From positions 64,001-128,000 of the forward strand of contig JBGSVZ010000092.1 in assembly GCA_041752695.1 (NCBI GenBank): 64,000 nt of DNA, in the 5' to 3' direction. This stretch comes from Terrimicrobiaceae bacterium (GTDB lineage Bacteria; Verrucomicrobiota; Verrucomicrobiia; Chthoniobacterales; Terrimicrobiaceae). The notes under the pieces are model-generated. The model was not told the DNA's origin, did not search any database, and saw only the letters and a program-made list of their open reading frames with translations. Below, piece after piece: positions 9,067 through 18,706 of the stretch; within the stretch, counting starts at the first letter, position 1, and each line of letters opens with the position of its first letter. A program made the position numbers and the translations under genes.

Positions 9067-9666
9067 AGCGGCGTCGGGTGATTTTCCCGCTCGCACCGCT
9101 GGCGGGGGAATCGATCGCAGTGGGCATTCAAAAAGCGCGGCTGGCCGGAAGGGTCAGAGATTGCGGCGGGAGGAACGTCTCGGCGCGAATGCCGCTGGTC
9201 GTAGGCTCCCGTTTGGCCTGTCATCCTAACCAGCAACTGACCCGCCATATTTTCGGCGCTCGAAGGGGGTTATTCTCGTTCGCGAGAAGGCACTACCGTT
9301 GGTCATGGTCGTTGCGAAGCGAATGGGATTTTTTTGGGAACAACCTGGCGCACAGGTTACCGGATCACTGGATTTCCGGGGGGGCGACAATTTCCCGATT
9401 CGGTCCGGCTCTCTCCCCGCAGCGAGTCCGCGGACTGCGGTTTCCACGATGCCAACCTGTTGCGTGCGTCCATTTAAGGCGAGGGTTTTCCTGTAGCAAA
9501 AACCGTATCTGTTGCATAAATGCTTTGACGCAAAATTCCCTGCGCAAAATCCGTTGAAGCCCCATAAATAGAGCGTCGGAGGGGTTTTGGGGCGAACTAA
9601 TTCTTTACATCTGCAACAGTTGCGCGCACTTTGTTGCGTAGATTTTTTCCGTAACGATTTCTGATT

Positions 9667-12600
9667 ATGAGTGGGTATTTTTCGCAGGCCGCCTTGGAGG
9701 GATTCCGGCGGATTCGTGGGGTGTGCAACCGGGCTTTCGTGCTCGGGGTTTTGGGGGTCTTGCCCTGGACAGCGGTTCCGGCGTCCACGTTCTCGTGGAA
9801 TCTGGCTCAGTCCGGGCTCACCAGCGCCGGGATTTATGATGGGCAGGGTCGCCTGACCCGGGTCCTGTGGACGATGGAGTCCATGCCATCCGGGGCGCAC
9901 GTCTCGAATTGGGACGGTTTGGACGACCGGGGGAACGTGGCCCCGGCGGGGAATTATTCCTGGAAAGTCGTCATCAATCGCAGCGTGTACAACAATATTG
10001 GCACGGTGGGAAATACGGGCCAGCCATCGACAAGTTTCGGGCACGTCCCATTTTTTCTGGAAGCCGTGGCGGTGGACGCGCAGAACGCGATTTATTCGGT
10101 GCATGACTGGAATGAGGCCGGCCATGACGTGAAGCGGTGGAACTCGTCGACCGGTCTGGCGGAATACAACAGCGGCCACATTATTGGCGAGGCGCTGCTG
10201 AAGGGCATCGCGGTGGAGCCTGATGGTTCCCGCGCTTACGTCACCGGCTACGGCGAGGCGGATGTTAACGACCGGGCCAACATCAAGTTTTCGCTCTTTC
10301 GCATTAATCTCACGAATTCCACCGTGGAGGACTTCACGCAGGCGGGGCGGCGGGTGCATATTCACGACGGCAACGTTCCGTATCCTCCGGGCGCCACGGC
10401 CGCCGATATCGAGGTGATGAAGGTTCCGCTGATCTCCGTCGCTCTTTTGGGCGGCAGTGTTTATGTGACGGACGCCCTGCTCGGACGGGTTCTCAAATAC
10501 GATAAAAACTCCGGCGCGTTGCAGCAGGAAATCACCGGCATTCCCCTGGCTTGCGGGCTGGCGGTGGCGCAGGACGGTCGCATTTGGGTGGGCCATGAGC
10601 ATGGCAAGGTGAGCGTGTATTCCCCGGCGGGAGTCCGTCTCGCGACGCCGATCTCCGACCTCTCCGAAGTGCGGGCGCTTTCCCTCCAAAATGGCACGCT
10701 GGCCGTGGCTGATCGTGTCGGACAGGTCCGGAAATACAGCGTCAACGGCACTGCGGTGACGCTCACGGGCACGTTTGGACAAAAGGCCGAACCCGGGGAA
10801 AAGCGCGCCGACCGCCTTTCGATGATCAACGGTATGGTGATGGACTCCGCGGGCTGCGTGATTGTGTCCGACCGCATGGGCCAGGGCTCGCGCCTGCAGA
10901 AACTGAGCCCGCAATTTGACCAGGTCTGGCAGCAGATGGGCCTCGAGTTCTCTTCCCAGGCCGCTTACGGCAAGGAAAATCCGGATGTTCTCATTTCGAG
11001 CTACCGGAATATCTACCAAATCAATCGCGCGACGGGTCAATGGACCTTTCTTGGACCCGGCGGCACGGATAAAGTAGGTTCGTATTTTGGAAATTTCGAA
11101 AGCACTCACTTTGGCCCGCCGCGGGTGGTCCGTTTCGGCGGCAACGATTTCTTTTATTATCCCGCAGGTGACGGGGTGGCGATTTACCGCCTGACTCCAC
11201 CGACCGATCCCGAGCGGGGCCCCACGCTGAAGCTGGCCTCCTGCCTTGGCGGTTCCATGCCTTCGCCGGACGGCGTTCATCGCGACAAATGGTGGCTCGA
11301 TGAAAACAAATTCCTCTGGTCCTGGGACGACACCCAGGGCGATGGGGAAATCCAGTATCAATCCGCCACCCTGCCCGGCGAAGTGACCCTCGACGCCAGT
11401 CCGAACAGTCCGGAGGGTTGGAAATGGGACAAGGCCTCCGTGGGTATTGATGACCAGGGCTGGGTCTGGCTGGCTTCTTATGCGCGGATTTTTCCTCCCG
11501 GGCCCTTTGAGGCCAAGGCGATTTACGCCATTGCGCCACAGGGACTCAACGCCCAGGGAAACCCCATTTATCGCTGGGCCAATGCGGTGAAGGTGATGGA
11601 TGAGGCGACCGGCCGCAATGCGCTCGGCGTTACGGGTGGGGAGTTTAACTGGATGATGGTGAACCGTTCCGACGACGGCATGGTGTACTCCCTCGCGTAT
11701 TCCGACAACGCGGCCTACCCTCAGGATGGCGCGCGCTGGATGGGGGGCAATTTGCTCTTCGGATTTGAAGGTCAGACGTCCGCCAGTCCCGCTCCCCTGG
11801 GTGCTCCGAAATGGCATGTTGTCCTGCCGGAGCGCTCCGTGGGCTTGACGCCCATTCCGGGTGGAAAAGGCGGGGTCTTTGTCGGCATCGGCCCCGTATC
11901 ACGCGGCACGGTCGGACATTACACCAAGGACGGTCTTTTGATCGGCAGCTTCCAGGTGGCCCCAAAGTATGGGGACGACGTTCCCCCCAACCTCGCCTCC
12001 GGGGCGCTTGACGCCTTCCTCGCCCTCAACTGCAACCGCGACCCTCGCGACGGGGTGATTGATCTCTTTGCGGAGGACAACTGGAACCAGCGCCTCGTCT
12101 GGTATCGGGTAAACGACACCAATATTGAGACCTTGTCGGGACAGATCACCACCGCTGGCACCGCGGGGACGCGGTTCGCCCTCACCGTTCACCAGGGGAC
12201 GGGAGACGGCAGCTACTCCGCGGGGACGGTGGTGCCCATCGTTGCCGCCCTTCCTCCGGCGGGTAAGGCTTTCAAAGCCTGGACCGGTGATACGGCGGTG
12301 TTGGCCAGCGCCAGTTCCGCCGTCACCACCGTGACCATGCCCGCCGCCACCGTGACCGTGACGGCCACCTTCGACTGGGCGGTTGGCAACGACCAGGTGC
12401 GTTTTTATGCACGCACCGGGGACGAGCACCGCATGGTGAATTGCGTTTTCGAAGGGACCAATGGCGACCCGGTGAACGGAACCTACACCCCGTTTTACGT
12501 GGTCACGACGACCCCTGCTGCCGGGTGGACGGCCATCTCGGTGGAAACCGCCAATTTTCGCTATCTGCGTTTCCGGGATCCGAACACGAACGGGTTGCTC

Positions 12601-13539
12601 ACCGAGTTGGAGTTTTACCGGGATGGCGTGAAGTTGGTCGGTCCTGGATTTGGGACGCCGGGCAGTTGGAACAACGAGGCGCACCGGACATTCGCCGCGG
12701 CGTTGGATGGGGACCTCGATTCGTATTTCAACGGGCCTCCAGGGAAAAACGCTTATATCGGGATCGACACTGCCGGATCGAATCCCTCCACCCACACGCT
12801 CACCGTGACGGGCGGCAGCGGAGGAGGGGATTACGAACCTGGAACCACCGTGCTTGTCACGGCGGGGGCGGCTCCGGCCGGCAGCGAATTTGCCGGATGG
12901 ACGGGCGACATTGCGATCCTGTCCAACCCCTTCCTCGCCACCACCAGTGCGACCATGCCCACGATGGATGTTTCCATCTCTGCGAGTTACACGGCCCAGA
13001 ATACCGTTCCCCCGGCCCTCACCAGAGCCTACTTGCGCCAACAACACGGGGCGGGAAATGTTTTTGATCTGGATGTCTTCGGCCCGGGCACGGTGAGCAA
13101 CGTCGAGACCCGCAAGAGTGACTTTGCGACCACGCGAATCCTTGTGCTGGAATTTGATCAGGCCGTCGTTTCAGGCACCGTTGCCGTGGCTCAGGGCACC
13201 GGGACCGTATCCTCCGTGAGTTTTGAAGGGAGCGCCGCCACGGTCACTCTGATGGGCGTCAATGATCGACAGAAGGTGAGGCTTTTGCTGACTAACTTTG
13301 CCGGCTCCAATGGCCCTGCCATGACGCCGACCACTATAGCCATCCGGTTTTTGGTTGGGGATGCCAATCGGGATGGCAAGGTGAATCCGAGTGATCTGTT
13401 GATTATCCGCCAGTATGCGGGAAAAACCTTTGGCAATCCTGGCTATCAGGGAGTGATGGACTTCGACACCGATGGGGTGATCAACAGCTCCGACCTCAGT
13501 GCCCAGCGGGCGAACTACGGGTATTCTGTCGCCCAGTAA
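9667..13539 (+). CDS. Large exported multidomain protein: FlgD-Ig-like, NHL/beta-propeller, two InlB-B-like repeats, discoidin-like module, Ig-like domain, dockerin
   Basis: Hydrophobic N-terminus; SAGIYDGQGRLTR..WDGLDDRG; NHL-like repeats; two LTV..G.G.G.Y..GT.V...F..WTGD repeats; GDANRDGKVNPSDL...DFDTDGVINSSDL. Exact start uncertain. Confidence 0.85.
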   Translation: MSGYFSQAALEGFRRIRGVCNRAFVLGVLGVLPWTAVPASTFSWNLAQSGLTSAGIYDGQGRLTRVLWTMESMPSGAHVSNWDGLDDRGNVAPAGNYSWKVVINRSVYNNIGTVGNTGQPSTSFGHVPFFLEAVAVDAQNAIYSVHDWNEAGHDVKRWNSSTGLAEYNSGHIIGEALLKGIAVEPDGSRAYVTGYGEADVNDRANIKFSLFRINLTNSTVEDFTQAGRRVHIHDGNVPYPPGATAADIEVMKVPLISVALLGGSVYVTDALLGRVLKYDKNSGALQQEITGIPLACGLAVAQDGRIWVGHEHGKVSVYSPAGVRLATPISDLSEVRALSLQNGTLAVADRVGQVRKYSVNGTAVTLTGTFGQKAEPGEKRADRLSMINGMVMDSAGCVIVSDRMGQGSRLQKLSPQFDQVWQQMGLEFSSQAAYGKENPDVLISSYRNIYQINRATGQWTFLGPGGTDKVGSYFGNFESTHFGPPRVVRFGGNDFFYYPAGDGVAIYRLTPPTDPERGPTLKLASCLGGSMPSPDGVHRDKWWLDENKFLWSWDDTQGDGEIQYQSATLPGEVTLDASPNSPEGWKWDKASVGIDDQGWVWLASYARIFPPGPFEAKAIYAIAPQGLNAQGNPIYRWANAVKVMDEATGRNALGVTGGEFNWMMVNRSDDGMVYSLAYSDNAAYPQDGARWMGGNLLFGFEGQTSASPAPLGAPKWHVVLPERSVGLTPIPGGKGGVFVGIGPVSRGTVGHYTKDGLLIGSFQVAPKYGDDVPPNLASGALDAFLALNCNRDPRDGVIDLFAEDNWNQRLVWYRVNDTNIETLSGQITTAGTAGTRFALTVHQGTGDGSYSAGTVVPIVAALPPAGKAFKAWTGDTAVLASASSAVTTVTMPAATVTVTATFDWAVGNDQVRFYARTGDEHRMVNCVFEGTNGDPVNGTYTPFYVVTTTPAAGWTAISVETANFRYLRFRDPNTNGLLTELEFYRDGVKLVGPGFGTPGSWNNEAHRTFAAALDGDLDSYFNGPPGKNAYIGIDTAGSNPSTHTLTVTGGSGGGDYEPGTTVLVTAGAAPAGSEFAGWTGDIAILSNPFLATTSATMPTMDVSISASYTAQNTVPPALTRAYLRQQHGAGNVFDLDVFGPGTVSNVETRKSDFATTRILVLEFDQAVVSGTVAVAQGTGTVSSVSFEGSAATVTLMGVNDRQKVRLLLTNFAGSNGPAMTPTTIAIRFLVGDANRDGKVNPSDLLIIRQYAGKTFGNPGYQGVMDFDTDGVINSSDLSAQRANYGYSVAQ

Positions 13540-13617
13540 AATGAACATGGCGACGGCGGGACGGGCGGACGTTTTTCGCAGTTGCGTGTCGGGCTGAACC
13601 TGCGCACTCTCTTGGGC

Positions 13618-14220
13618 ATGGGAACTGGTTTGCTTGTCCTTCTTGTGCTGGTCGGTCTGGTGGTGCTTTTCGCGCTCTACGCGATTGGCCAATACAATGC
13701 CCTTGTCACGTTGCGCAATCGTTTCAAAAATGCCTTCGCACAGATCGACGTTCAGCTCAAACGTCGCTACGACCTGATTCCCAATCTGGTCGAAACGGCC
13801 AAAGGATACATCAAGCACGAGCGCGAGACGCTTGAAGCTGTGATCGCCGCGCGGAATTCCGCCTCCAGCGCGGGTTCGCAGGCTGCCTTGAATCCGGGTG
13901 ATCCGAACGCGATGAAGGCCCTCAACGGCGCGGAAAGCGGACTCACCGCGTCACTTGGCCGGCTGTTTGCCGTGGCGGAGGCTTACCCCGATCTCAAGGC
14001 GAATCAAAACATGATGCAGCTCACCGAGGAATTGACCACGACGGAAAACAAGGTCTCCTTTGCCCGTCAGGCCTACAATGACTCGGTGATGGGCTACAAC
14101 ACGAAGCGGGAAATTTTCCCGACAAACATCATTGCCGGCATGTTTAACTTCGCCCCGGCCGAGTTGTTCCAAATTGAGAACCCCGGAGAGAAGGAAGCGC
14201 CCAAAGTTTCGTTCACATGA
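13618..14220 (+). CDS. lemA: LemA family protein
   Basis: N-terminal TM; QIDVQLKRRYDLIPNLVETAKGY, EAYPDLKA, ENKVSFARQAYN. Confidence 0.93.
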   Translation: MGTGLLVLLVLVGLVVLFALYAIGQYNALVTLRNRFKNAFAQIDVQLKRRYDLIPNLVETAKGYIKHERETLEAVIAARNSASSAGSQAALNPGDPNAMKALNGAESGLTASLGRLFAVAEAYPDLKANQNMMQLTEELTTTENKVSFARQAYNDSVMGYNTKREIFPTNIIAGMFNFAPAELFQIENPGEKEAPKVSFT

Positions 14221-15710
14221 TCCCTCTCGTTCCGTCGCGTTCCGTTTTCGCGGAGCAGGCGGCCACGGCGAACGTGGTCCCGGTTTGGACCGAGATCGTC
14301 GCCGACGGTGACACGCCCGTTTCCGCCTTCGCCAAAATCGGAGGCGTCGCTCCGTCGTTTCTGCTCGAGTCCGCCGAACAAAACGATCAGGTTGGCCGGT
14401 ATTCCATCCTCGGGGCGGGCGCACGGCTGACGATTTCCGCGCGGGGCAAAACGGTCACCGTGATGGAAAACGGCATCACGCGGACCTATGAGGCCGGGCA
14501 GGATCCGTTCAAGGAACTCGAGACCATCATGGCGCGCTACCGAACGGTACCGGACGTCAATATTCCGGGCTTCTCCGGCGGGGCGGTGGGGTACCTTTCT
14601 TATGATTGTGTGCGGTGGTTCGAACCGACCGTTCCGCCTCCGCCGAAAGACGAACTTGGCGTGCCCGACATGTTTTTTCTCCTGGCGGATACGGTTGTGA
14701 TTTTTGATCACCGCCGTCGGCGGATGAAAATCGTCGCCAACGCCTTCGTGGAGGAGGCCGGTCCTGAGGCGGCATACGAGGCCGCCACGCGGGAGATCGA
14801 AAGCATCCTGGAGAAACTCCGCCAGCCTCTGGCGTTTGACCCGATTTTTACCGGTTCCGAGCCGCCCCGCGGTGAGGCCACCAGCAATACGACGCGCGAA
14901 GAATATCACGCGATGGTGGATCGCGCGGAGGAATACATCCGCGCGGGAGACATCTTCCAGATGGTGCCCGCCCAGCGTTTTGAGACGCCCTTCACCAACG
15001 ACGCGCTCGACCTCTATCGGGCCCTGCGTTTTGTGAATCCTTCGCCGTACATGTTTTGCCTGCGTTTCCCCGAGGGGTATTCGCTGGTGGGCAGTTCGCC
15101 GGAGGTTCATGTGCGTCTCACCGGCGAACTGGTTGAGATCCGCCCCATTGCCGGGACGCGCAAACGCGGGGAAACGGAAGACCAGGATCGTGCCAACGCC
15201 GAGGAACTTCTGGCCGACCCCAAGGAGCGTGCCGAACACCTCATGCTGGTGGATCTGGCGCGGAATGACGTCGGACGTATCGCGGAATTTGGCAGCGTGA
15301 AGGTGACCGATTTCATGACGATTGAGCGCTACAGCCACGTCATGCATATTGTCTCTCATGTCTCCGGCAAGTTGGCGGGAGGCCGATCCGCTTACGATGT
15401 GATGCGTGCGACCTTTCCCGCGGGCACGGTCTCCGGTTCGCCCAAGGTTCGTGCCATGCAGGTGATCAACGAGTTGGAAAACAGCAAACGCTGCACCTAT
15501 GCCGGAGCGGTGGGATATTTTAATTTCAATGGAGACCTCGACTCCTGCATCGCACTGCGCACCGTCCTGCTGAAGGACGGCAAAGCTTACGTGCAGGCCG
15601 GCGGGGGAGTTGTCGCCGATTCCACTCCGGAGGGGGAATACCAGGAAAGCGTCAACAAGGCGATGGCCGCGATGCGCGCGATCGACCGGGCGCGGACGAT
15701 AGGTCATTGA
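14217..15710 (+). CDS. trpE: Anthranilate synthase component I
   Basis: FLLESAE, GRYS, AGDIFQ, NPSPYM, PIAGTR, KERAEHLMLVDLARND, FPAGTVSGSPK, QAGGGVVADS. Confidence 0.92.
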   Translation: MIPLVPSRSVFAEQAATANVVPVWTEIVADGDTPVSAFAKIGGVAPSFLLESAEQNDQVGRYSILGAGARLTISARGKTVTVMENGITRTYEAGQDPFKELETIMARYRTVPDVNIPGFSGGAVGYLSYDCVRWFEPTVPPPPKDELGVPDMFFLLADTVVIFDHRRRRMKIVANAFVEEAGPEAAYEAATREIESILEKLRQPLAFDPIFTGSEPPRGEATSNTTREEYHAMVDRAEEYIRAGDIFQMVPAQRFETPFTNDALDLYRALRFVNPSPYMFCLRFPEGYSLVGSSPEVHVRLTGELVEIRPIAGTRKRGETEDQDRANAEELLADPKERAEHLMLVDLARNDVGRIAEFGSVKVTDFMTIERYSHVMHIVSHVSGKLAGGRSAYDVMRATFPAGTVSGSPKVRAMQVINELENSKRCTYAGAVGYFNFNGDLDSCIALRTVLLKDGKAYVQAGGGVVADSTPEGEYQESVNKAMAAMRAIDRARTIGH

Positions 15711-15738
15711 TCGGTTCGCCAAGTCGGTCGATCCTCTC

Positions 15739-16521
15739 ATGCCCCGCCGCCTTATCGATATTTCCCAGCCTCTGGCGAATGGAGAAAACGCCGACCCGAA
15801 GGGGTTTGCGCCCCGCATTCAGTATAGTGGACATCAGGAGAACTTTTCTCAACTCGCCTCCTTTTTTCCGGGGCTGCAATCTACGGATGTGCCGGGAAGT
15901 GAAGCCTGGGCTCTTGAGCAAGTGCAGCTTACGACTCACAATGGCACCCATCTCGATGCGCCCTGGCATTTTTCGGCCACGATGGACGGGGGGAAACCCG
16001 CCCTGACCATTGACCAGATCGATTTGGAATGGTGTTTCCAGCCGGGCGTGAAACTGGACTTTCGACACCTGCCCGACGGGCATGTGGTGACCGCGGCCGA
16101 GGTGGAGGCGGAGTTGAAGCGGATTGGCCGCGTCATCCAGCCGCTGGAGATTGTGGTCATCAACACCCGGGCCGGTGGGCTGGCGGGATGTGAGGGATAT
16201 GTTGACGCTGGCTGCGGCATGGGCAGGGATGCGACGCTTTTTCTGTTGGAACGTGGCGTGAGGGTAACCGGCACCGACGGTTGGAGCTGGGATGCGCCGT
16301 TTTCCCATACCCGGGAAAAATATCTGACCACCGGCAATTCCCGCCTGATTTGGGAGGGTCACAAGGCTGGCCGGGAGATCGGCTATTGCCACCTGGAAAA
16401 ACTGCATAACCTCGAGGCCCTCCCGTCCTCAGGGTTCACTATCTGTTGTTTTCCCGTCAAAATCCACGCCGCCTCAGCCGGATGGACGCGGGCGGTGGCC
16501 ATCCTCGAAGGAAGCTCATGA
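15739..16521 (+). CDS. Cyclase family metal-dependent hydrolase (KynB-like)
   Basis: HNGTHLDAPWH motif; GTDGWSWD; GWTRAVA. Confidence 0.88.
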   Translation: MPRRLIDISQPLANGENADPKGFAPRIQYSGHQENFSQLASFFPGLQSTDVPGSEAWALEQVQLTTHNGTHLDAPWHFSATMDGGKPALTIDQIDLEWCFQPGVKLDFRHLPDGHVVTAAEVEAELKRIGRVIQPLEIVVINTRAGGLAGCEGYVDAGCGMGRDATLFLLERGVRVTGTDGWSWDAPFSHTREKYLTTGNSRLIWEGHKAGREIGYCHLEKLHNLEALPSSGFTICCFPVKIHAASAGWTRAVAILEGSS

Positions 16522-17336
16522 AGCGCCAACGCATTATGCGGCTGGCGTTCGGGTTGCTCCTTGCGGGAATGATGGCGCTTTCCGCGGCGGAACGGCGCGA
16601 ACAGGCGTTCCGCGATGCGGTCTATGCCCGACCGGAAGGTGGCGCCTTAAAACTGGACCTTTATGTGCCCCAGAGGGATTCGCCGCCGCCGGTCATTGTT
16701 TGGTTTCACGGGGGCGGCTGGAAATTTGGGGACAAACGATATCGCCTGTTGATTCGGGATCTGACCCGAGAGGGTTTTGCGGTCGCCACGGTGGGATACC
16801 GGCTTTCGGGCCGCGCCAAATGGCCGGCTCAGCGAGAGGATGCTCAAACGGCCCTGCGGTGGTTGCGCTCCCACCAACGTTCGCTGGGGATCGACGCCAG
16901 CCGAATGGGACTTGCGGGCGATTCCGCCGGAGGCCATCTCGCGGCTCTGTTGGGACTGATGGAAGGCAAACCGCTAATCAAGGCGGTCTTGGCCATCTAT
17001 CCGCCCACGGATCTGGTTCTTCTTGCGGAGCACCACGGCAACCAATCCTCCAGCCTTCTGACGGAACTGTTGGGCGGTACCGTGAAGGAAAAATCGCGAG
17101 AGGCTTACGAGGCGGGACCGGTGAACTTTGTGGATGCCAAGGATCCTCCCTTCCTATTTCTGCATGGCGACAGCGACGAAGTGGTGCCTCTTAGCCAAAG
17201 TGAGGTGCTCCGCGACAAGCTGCGCAAGTTTGGCGTCCCGGCGGAATTGATCGTGGTTAAAAACCGGGGTCACGCGTTCCCTCTTGACCCATCACAACTT
17301 TCCACCGCGGCGGCGTTTTTTCGGAAGAATCTCTAA
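16518..17336 (+). CDS. Exported alpha/beta hydrolase (esterase/lipase)
   Basis: HGGGW, GDSAGGH, HGDSDEVV, RGH; signal peptide; ATGA overlap with the upstream gene. Confidence 0.88.
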   Translation: MKRQRIMRLAFGLLLAGMMALSAAERREQAFRDAVYARPEGGALKLDLYVPQRDSPPPVIVWFHGGGWKFGDKRYRLLIRDLTREGFAVATVGYRLSGRAKWPAQREDAQTALRWLRSHQRSLGIDASRMGLAGDSAGGHLAALLGLMEGKPLIKAVLAIYPPTDLVLLAEHHGNQSSSLLTELLGGTVKEKSREAYEAGPVNFVDAKDPPFLFLHGDSDEVVPLSQSEVLRDKLRKFGVPAELIVVKNRGHAFPLDPSQLSTAAAFFRKNL

Positions 17337-17350
17337 GCGGGCGGGAACAT

Positions 17351-17914
17351 TCAGTCCGCCTTTTTCATCACTCTCATCGAGACGCCAGCGGCCAGCACTC
17401 CGATGGGCTTGCCCTTGTCCGTCACCGGAACGGCGATTTGCACGGCGTGCGATCGGCTGGATTTATCGAATTCGGGCATTCCTTCCCACGTTTTTCCCTC
17501 CATTGGCTGATCAAACTTTGGTTCGCCCTTATGGATATAGGTGCTGGGCTTTGCCACAAAGGCAACTTTTTCCCCCTGAGCGCCGGACAGAAACGCCTCA
17601 GTGAAGATTCCCCCGCTGGCCGCCACCTTCTTGCCCAGGGCGATCCCCGCCGGGTTTTTTCGAAATGCTAACACCGTGGGATCGGTCGGCTTGAGAGACC
17701 GCCACTGGCGATTGGTCAGTCCGGGAATGGGTCCCTTGGCATTTTGCGATCTCACCGCCGCCACGATCGCCGGGTCCGCCGCCCATTTGAGCAGGGTGCG
17801 CTTCTGCGCGTCGAGTTGCGCGCGGATTTCGGGAGTGATGCGGGCGGCGGGATCCAGCGCCAAGGCCTGACCGACGACCGCCCAACTGAGACAAACAGCG
17901 AAAAAAAGTTTCAT
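17351..17914 (-). CDS. Stand-alone exported PDC/Cache-like domain protein
   Basis: Signal peptide; GEPKF, PEFDKSS, QIAVPVTDKGKPIGVL; no second TM or output domain. Confidence 0.7.
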   Translation of the reverse strand: MKLFFAVCLSWAVVGQALALDPAARITPEIRAQLDAQKRTLLKWAADPAIVAAVRSQNAKGPIPGLTNRQWRSLKPTDPTVLAFRKNPAGIALGKKVAASGGIFTEAFLSGAQGEKVAFVAKPSTYIHKGEPKFDQPMEGKTWEGMPEFDKSSRSHAVQIAVPVTDKGKPIGVLAAGVSMRVMKKAD

Positions 17915-18007
17915 GGGGTTATCTAGAGCCTACTGCCTAGCGAACAATTTCAAAAGGCATAATTCGTGGGATGCGCGCAGGAATCCGGCCCGCTGCGATG
18001 CAGGAGC

Positions 18008-18706
18008 ATGCCGACTTTGAAGAATCTCGCATCCGATTTGTGGATGCTCACCTATCCCCTCAAAACCTTCGGCGTGGATCTCCAGCGCAATGTCACGGTC
18101 ATCCGGCTTGCTTCCGGCAATTTGATCATCCACTCGACAGCGCCGTTTTCCCTCGCAGACGTCGCCGCCATTCAGCTTCTTGGGAAACCGACCTGGCTCA
18201 TCGACACGCTTCTTCGGCACGACACTTTCGCATCCGAGGGGCGTAGGGCCTTCCCCTCCGCCACCTATCTGGCACCACCGGGTTTTTCAGTCAATCTACC
18301 CTTTCAGACGGATGCCCTTGTTCTTGCCCCACTGGAATGGGAGGGGGAAGTTGCCATAGTCTCCATTGAGGGTGCATCCAATTTTGGCGAAATTGCCCTT
18401 CTGCATCGCCCCTCCCGCACGCTCATCGTGGCCGATCTGATTTTTAATTTCCCCGGTCGTCACGGTTTGTGGACCGACTTCGTGCTTCATATGGCTTCCG
18501 TGGGAGGGCGGCACGACCCCGGAGTCACCGTGCCTTTCAAAAAAGCCATCACCAATCGGGCCGCTTATGTGGCTTCCGTGGAAAAAGTTCTTTCCTGGGA
18601 TTTCGACCGGATCGTCGTCGGCCATGGCGAACCGATCGAATCGGGCGGCAAAGCAAAACTTCGCGCAGCCATCGAGGCCGCCGGGTTCGAGGAATTTTCC
18701 GGTTAG
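18008..18706 (+). CDS. DUF4336-like metallo-beta-lactamase-fold protein
   Basis: TVIRLASGNLIIHS, HRPSRTLIVADLIFN, WDFDRIVVGHGE. Confidence 0.75.
   Translation: MPTLKNLASDLWMLTYPLKTFGVDLQRNVTVIRLASGNLIIHSTAPFSLADVAAIQLLGKPTWLIDTLLRHDTFASEGRRAFPSATYLAPPGFSVNLPFQTDALVLAPLEWEGEVAIVSIEGASNFGEIALLHRPSRTLIVADLIFNFPGRHGLWTDFVLHMASVGGRHDPGVTVPFKKAITNRAAYVASVEKVLSWDFDRIVVGHGEPIESGGKAKLRAAIEAAGFEEFSG

Noticed and set aside
9067..9666. tmRNA (ssrA) next to smpB
   Set aside because: A G-run plus GGCGAC near 9378 resembles a 5' end, but no T-arm or CCA 3' end is visible on either strand.
9226..11817. 863-aa minus-strand ORF and similar long antisense ORFs (14094..15818, 38840..40567, 53185..54870, 55555..57309)
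   Set aside because: They lie opposite well-supported genes, have no motifs, and are expected shadows of high-GC codon bias.
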